64,000 nt of DNA from Pelagibacteraceae bacterium. Lineage in GTDB: Bacteria > Pseudomonadota > Alphaproteobacteria > Pelagibacterales > Pelagibacteraceae. The stretch lies in NCBI GenBank assembly GCA_022763425.1, contig JALEGD010000001.1, positions 508,572 to 572,571 on the forward strand, written 5' to 3'. A program made the position numbers and the translations under genes. Below are positions 61,933 through 64,000 of the stretch, in pieces (position 1 is the first letter of the stretch; each line of letters starts with the position of its first letter). The notes below the pieces were generated by a model. The model did not search any database, had not been told where the DNA came from, and saw only the letters and a list, made by a program, of their open reading frames with translations.

Positions 61933-62817
61933 ATGGATTGGGATAAATTAAAAATTTTTCATGCTGTTACCCAAGCAGGAAGTTTTACTAAAGCTGGGGA
62001 AGTATTAAATTTAAGTCAATCTGCAATCAGTAGACAAATTCAATCTTTAGAATACGAACTTAAATGTAGTCTTTTTCAAAGACATGCAAGAGGACTGTCT
62101 TTAACTGAAAATGGAGAAACTTTATATAAAACTGCGAATGAGGTTATTTCTAAAATTAAAGAAGTAGAAACTGATCTTGTTGAGAGAAAAGATAAACCTT
62201 CTGGAAAATTAGTAGTCACAACAGTTGTTGGTTTTGGTGGAATTTGGCTTACACCAAGAATTAAAGAATTTAGAGACAAGAATCCAGATATTGAAGTTGA
62301 GTTAATTGTTACAAATGATGAGTTAGACCTAAGCTTAAGAGAAGCTGATATAGCTATTTGGATGAGACCTCCAAAACAACTTAATTATATCCAAAGAAAG
62401 CTGGTTGATATCAATTACCACATTTACGGTTCTTCAAAGTATATAGCAAAAAAGGGGACACCTAAAACTACAAAAGATTTAGATAAACATGATCTAATTA
62501 CTTACGGGAAAGGTACACCTTCACCTTTATCTGAAAAAGAATGGATTTTAAAATTAGGATCTAAACAAAAAAGGAAACCTGTAATGAAAGTTAATAATAT
62601 TTATTCATTAATGTTAGCTGTTGATGCTGGAGCTGGTCTAGCAGCGTTACCTGATTACATGGTGGGTGATAACAAAGGTTTAGTTCGAGTTCTTCCAGAA
62701 ACAAGGGGACCAAAATATGAAGCGCACTTTGTTTATCCTCAATCTTTAAAAAATGTTGCAAGAGTAAAAGCTTTTAGAGACTTTATATTCAATAAAGTTG
62801 CTGAATGGAATTTTTAA
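61933..62817 (+). CDS. LysR-family transcriptional regulator
   Basis: N-terminal HTH 'FHAVTQAGSFTKAGEVLNLSQSAISRQIQSLE' plus a LysR substrate-binding domain. Confidence 0.9.
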   Translation: MDWDKLKIFHAVTQAGSFTKAGEVLNLSQSAISRQIQSLEYELKCSLFQRHARGLSLTENGETLYKTANEVISKIKEVETDLVERKDKPSGKLVVTTVVGFGGIWLTPRIKEFRDKNPDIEVELIVTNDELDLSLREADIAIWMRPPKQLNYIQRKLVDINYHIYGSSKYIAKKGTPKTTKDLDKHDLITYGKGTPSPLSEKEWILKLGSKQKRKPVMKVNNIYSLMLAVDAGAGLAALPDYMVGDNKGLVRVLPETRGPKYEAHFVYPQSLKNVARVKAFRDFIFNKVAEWNF

Positions 62818-63002
62818 GCGCTCAAAACTCTTTTTTTTATTTTTAACCTGGGTTTTTTTTGTTTTTTTAGTTTTGTCTGAAGGTCTTTTAGTAGTCTATA
62901 CCTAGTTTTAAGTTCTATTTGTTTTGCTTTATAATTATTTTTAAGATTTTTTTTATTTGATTTTAATATTAGTTGATAAGAAAATAAAATAATAAAATAG
63001 AC

Positions 63003-63024
63003 GATAAGTAAAATTATACTTATC
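63003..63024 (-). terminator. Weak AT-rich hairpin downstream of the bactofilin pair
   Basis: GATAAGTA-aaatta-TACTTATC (8 bp), followed on the minus strand by an interrupted U-rich tract. Low stability. Confidence 0.25.
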
Positions 63025-63042
63025 TTTAATAATAGAGCCGTA

Positions 63043-63363
63043 TTAAACTCCTTTTTTTGTCAATGCTTGAATTTTTATGTTAGCGCCATCTTCGACTGAT
63101 ATACTTTCGCCAACAACATCTCCTTCGAAATTACATCCTCTATTAATTTTTACTCTCTTGGCCGTCAAAGAACCTTTTATTTTTCCATTAACTTCAATTT
63201 CATTTGCATTGATGTCACCATTGATATCTGCGGTTTCTGATAAATTTACTTTATTGGCTGCAATGTTGCCATCAAATTTGCACCCAAGAATGATATCATC
63301 TTTTTCAGTTATCTTACCTTTTAATTCAACATCAGGTAAAAGAATTGAATTTGATGATGCCAT
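63043..63363 (-). CDS. Bactofilin (DUF583) cytoskeletal protein, short paralog
   Basis: Repetitive beta-helix pattern 'G.I....I...G...G.I....V...G...G', 106 aa. Confidence 0.8.
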   Translation of the reverse strand: MASSNSILLPDVELKGKITEKDDIILGCKFDGNIAANKVNLSETADINGDINANEIEVNGKIKGSLTAKRVKINRGCNFEGDVVGESISVEDGANIKIQALTKKGV

Positions 63364-63379
63364 TTAGAGTTTTGTATTT

Positions 63380-63892
63380 TTAATTATCTTCTTCTTTAGC
63401 TGTACCGAAGAAACCACCACCAGATTTTTTACTCGTTTCTTCTTCGTCTTTTACTAATTTGATTTTTGATTTTTGGAAATCTTCATCTGACATTTCAGCA
63501 ATTGTTCCACTAATCTTTCCACCTAAAGCAATTTCTAAATCTTTATATCTTATTTCTCCTTTTGCTACTCCTGAAGAAGAAACAGATAATGTACCAGCAA
63601 CTTGTAAGTTACCATCGTAATTACCTTCAATTTCAGCAGTCTCTACAGCCGTCTCTCCATCGACACCGCCACCATTTTTGACACTTATTTTTCCAGCAGC
63701 AACTTTCCCAGTGTGTTTACCATTTACAATAACTTCATTTGGAGCATTAATTTCACCATTTACAGAAACACCAGAACCGATATGAATATTACCTTCCTTG
63801 GTACCATCCATTGATGATGTTCTTGAGGTAGTAGACCTTGGGAAAGGGCTTCCAGTAGATTGATTATTATTTTCGTCGTCAAAAATTGCCAT
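63380..63892 (-). CDS. Bactofilin (DUF583) cytoskeletal protein, long paralog with disordered tails
   Basis: Central 'GSGVSVNGEINAPNEVIVNGKHTGKV..GKISV..GG.V.G' bactofilin repeats flanked by S/T-rich and acidic tails, 170 aa. Confidence 0.8.
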   Translation of the reverse strand: MAIFDDENNNQSTGSPFPRSTTSRTSSMDGTKEGNIHIGSGVSVNGEINAPNEVIVNGKHTGKVAAGKISVKNGGGVDGETAVETAEIEGNYDGNLQVAGTLSVSSSGVAKGEIRYKDLEIALGGKISGTIAEMSDEDFQKSKIKLVKDEEETSKKSGGGFFGTAKEEDN

Positions 63893-64000
63893 TTTTATAA
63901 TTCCTTTTTGTTAATAAGATTTTATAAAACAACATATTAATAGAATCCAGTCAATTTATTATGTAAATTGATATTTTTTGTAATGATTTATCTTTTTACA

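Noticed and set aside
48731-62279. Remaining nested track ORFs in the right-hand part of the window (48731-48982, 57134-57340, 57706-57912, 58944-59126, 59578-59772, 61450-61653, 62076-62279).
   Set aside because: The reasoning is the same: they are shadow frames inside pirin, xdhC-C, mocA, the DUF2237/2OG-oxygenase genes, hisI, acuI and the LysR gene.
62818-63002. A search for a small ORF or RNA gene in the 225-nt spacer between the LysR gene and the bactofilin pair.
   Set aside because: There is no open frame of useful length on either strand and no tRNA-like GC-rich stems. It contains only long T/A runs and the weak hairpin listed as a possible terminator.
63077-63367. A 96-aa plus-strand ORF covering the short bactofilin gene.
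   Set aside because: It is the antisense shadow of a repetitive beta-helix gene. The minus-strand product has a clear bactofilin repeat pattern, and the plus-strand product has none.

Overview
Very AT-rich, extremely gene-dense bacterial chromosome segment: many 1-4 nt gene overlaps, divergent intergenic regions of only 20-50 nt, and K/N/I-rich proteins. Gene content and style fit a streamlined marine alphaproteobacterium of the SAR11/Pelagibacterales type; this is an inference, not a database result. I saw no rRNA, tRNA, CRISPR array, transposase, integrase or phage genes. Left to right: (1) a dcw cell-wall/division cluster, murD'-ftsW-murC-murB-ddl-ftsQ-ftsA-lpxC-bamD-ligA, with no murG or ftsZ in their usual slots; (2) an M24 aminopeptidase, uvrD, an AsmA-like protein, fumC and an SDR; (3) a metF-metE-metZ operon behind a structured leader that looks like a riboswitch; (4) an ArsS-like radical SAM gene, a TVP38/DedA membrane gene and a coupled 55-codon ORF; (5) a tightly packed 10-gene plus-strand array: Liv-type ABC importer, azlCD, CsiD/GlaH-like 2OG oxygenase, msrA and a 2-hydroxyacid dehydrogenase; (6) msrB plus a thioesterase; (7) tandem aconitases, acnA and acnD-prpF; (8) a molybdenum-cofactor neighbourhood: moaA-moaC-moeA-moaD-moaE, sorAB sulfite dehydrogenase, moaB/mog, and form-II coxG-S-L-M with split xdhC and mocA; (9) a homocysteine methyltransferase plus TauE permease, azoR and pirin; (10) zur with a perfect palindromic operator and a His-rich membrane protein; (11) rlmN, hisI, folE, acuI, a LysR regulator and two tandem bactofilins. 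The best candidates for undescribed biology are the metF leader RNA, the ArsS-like rSAM/TVP38/small-ORF module, the CsiD-like oxygenase in the transporter array, the zur/His-rich membrane pair, and several conserved-looking ORFs under 60 codons that the ORF track omits.
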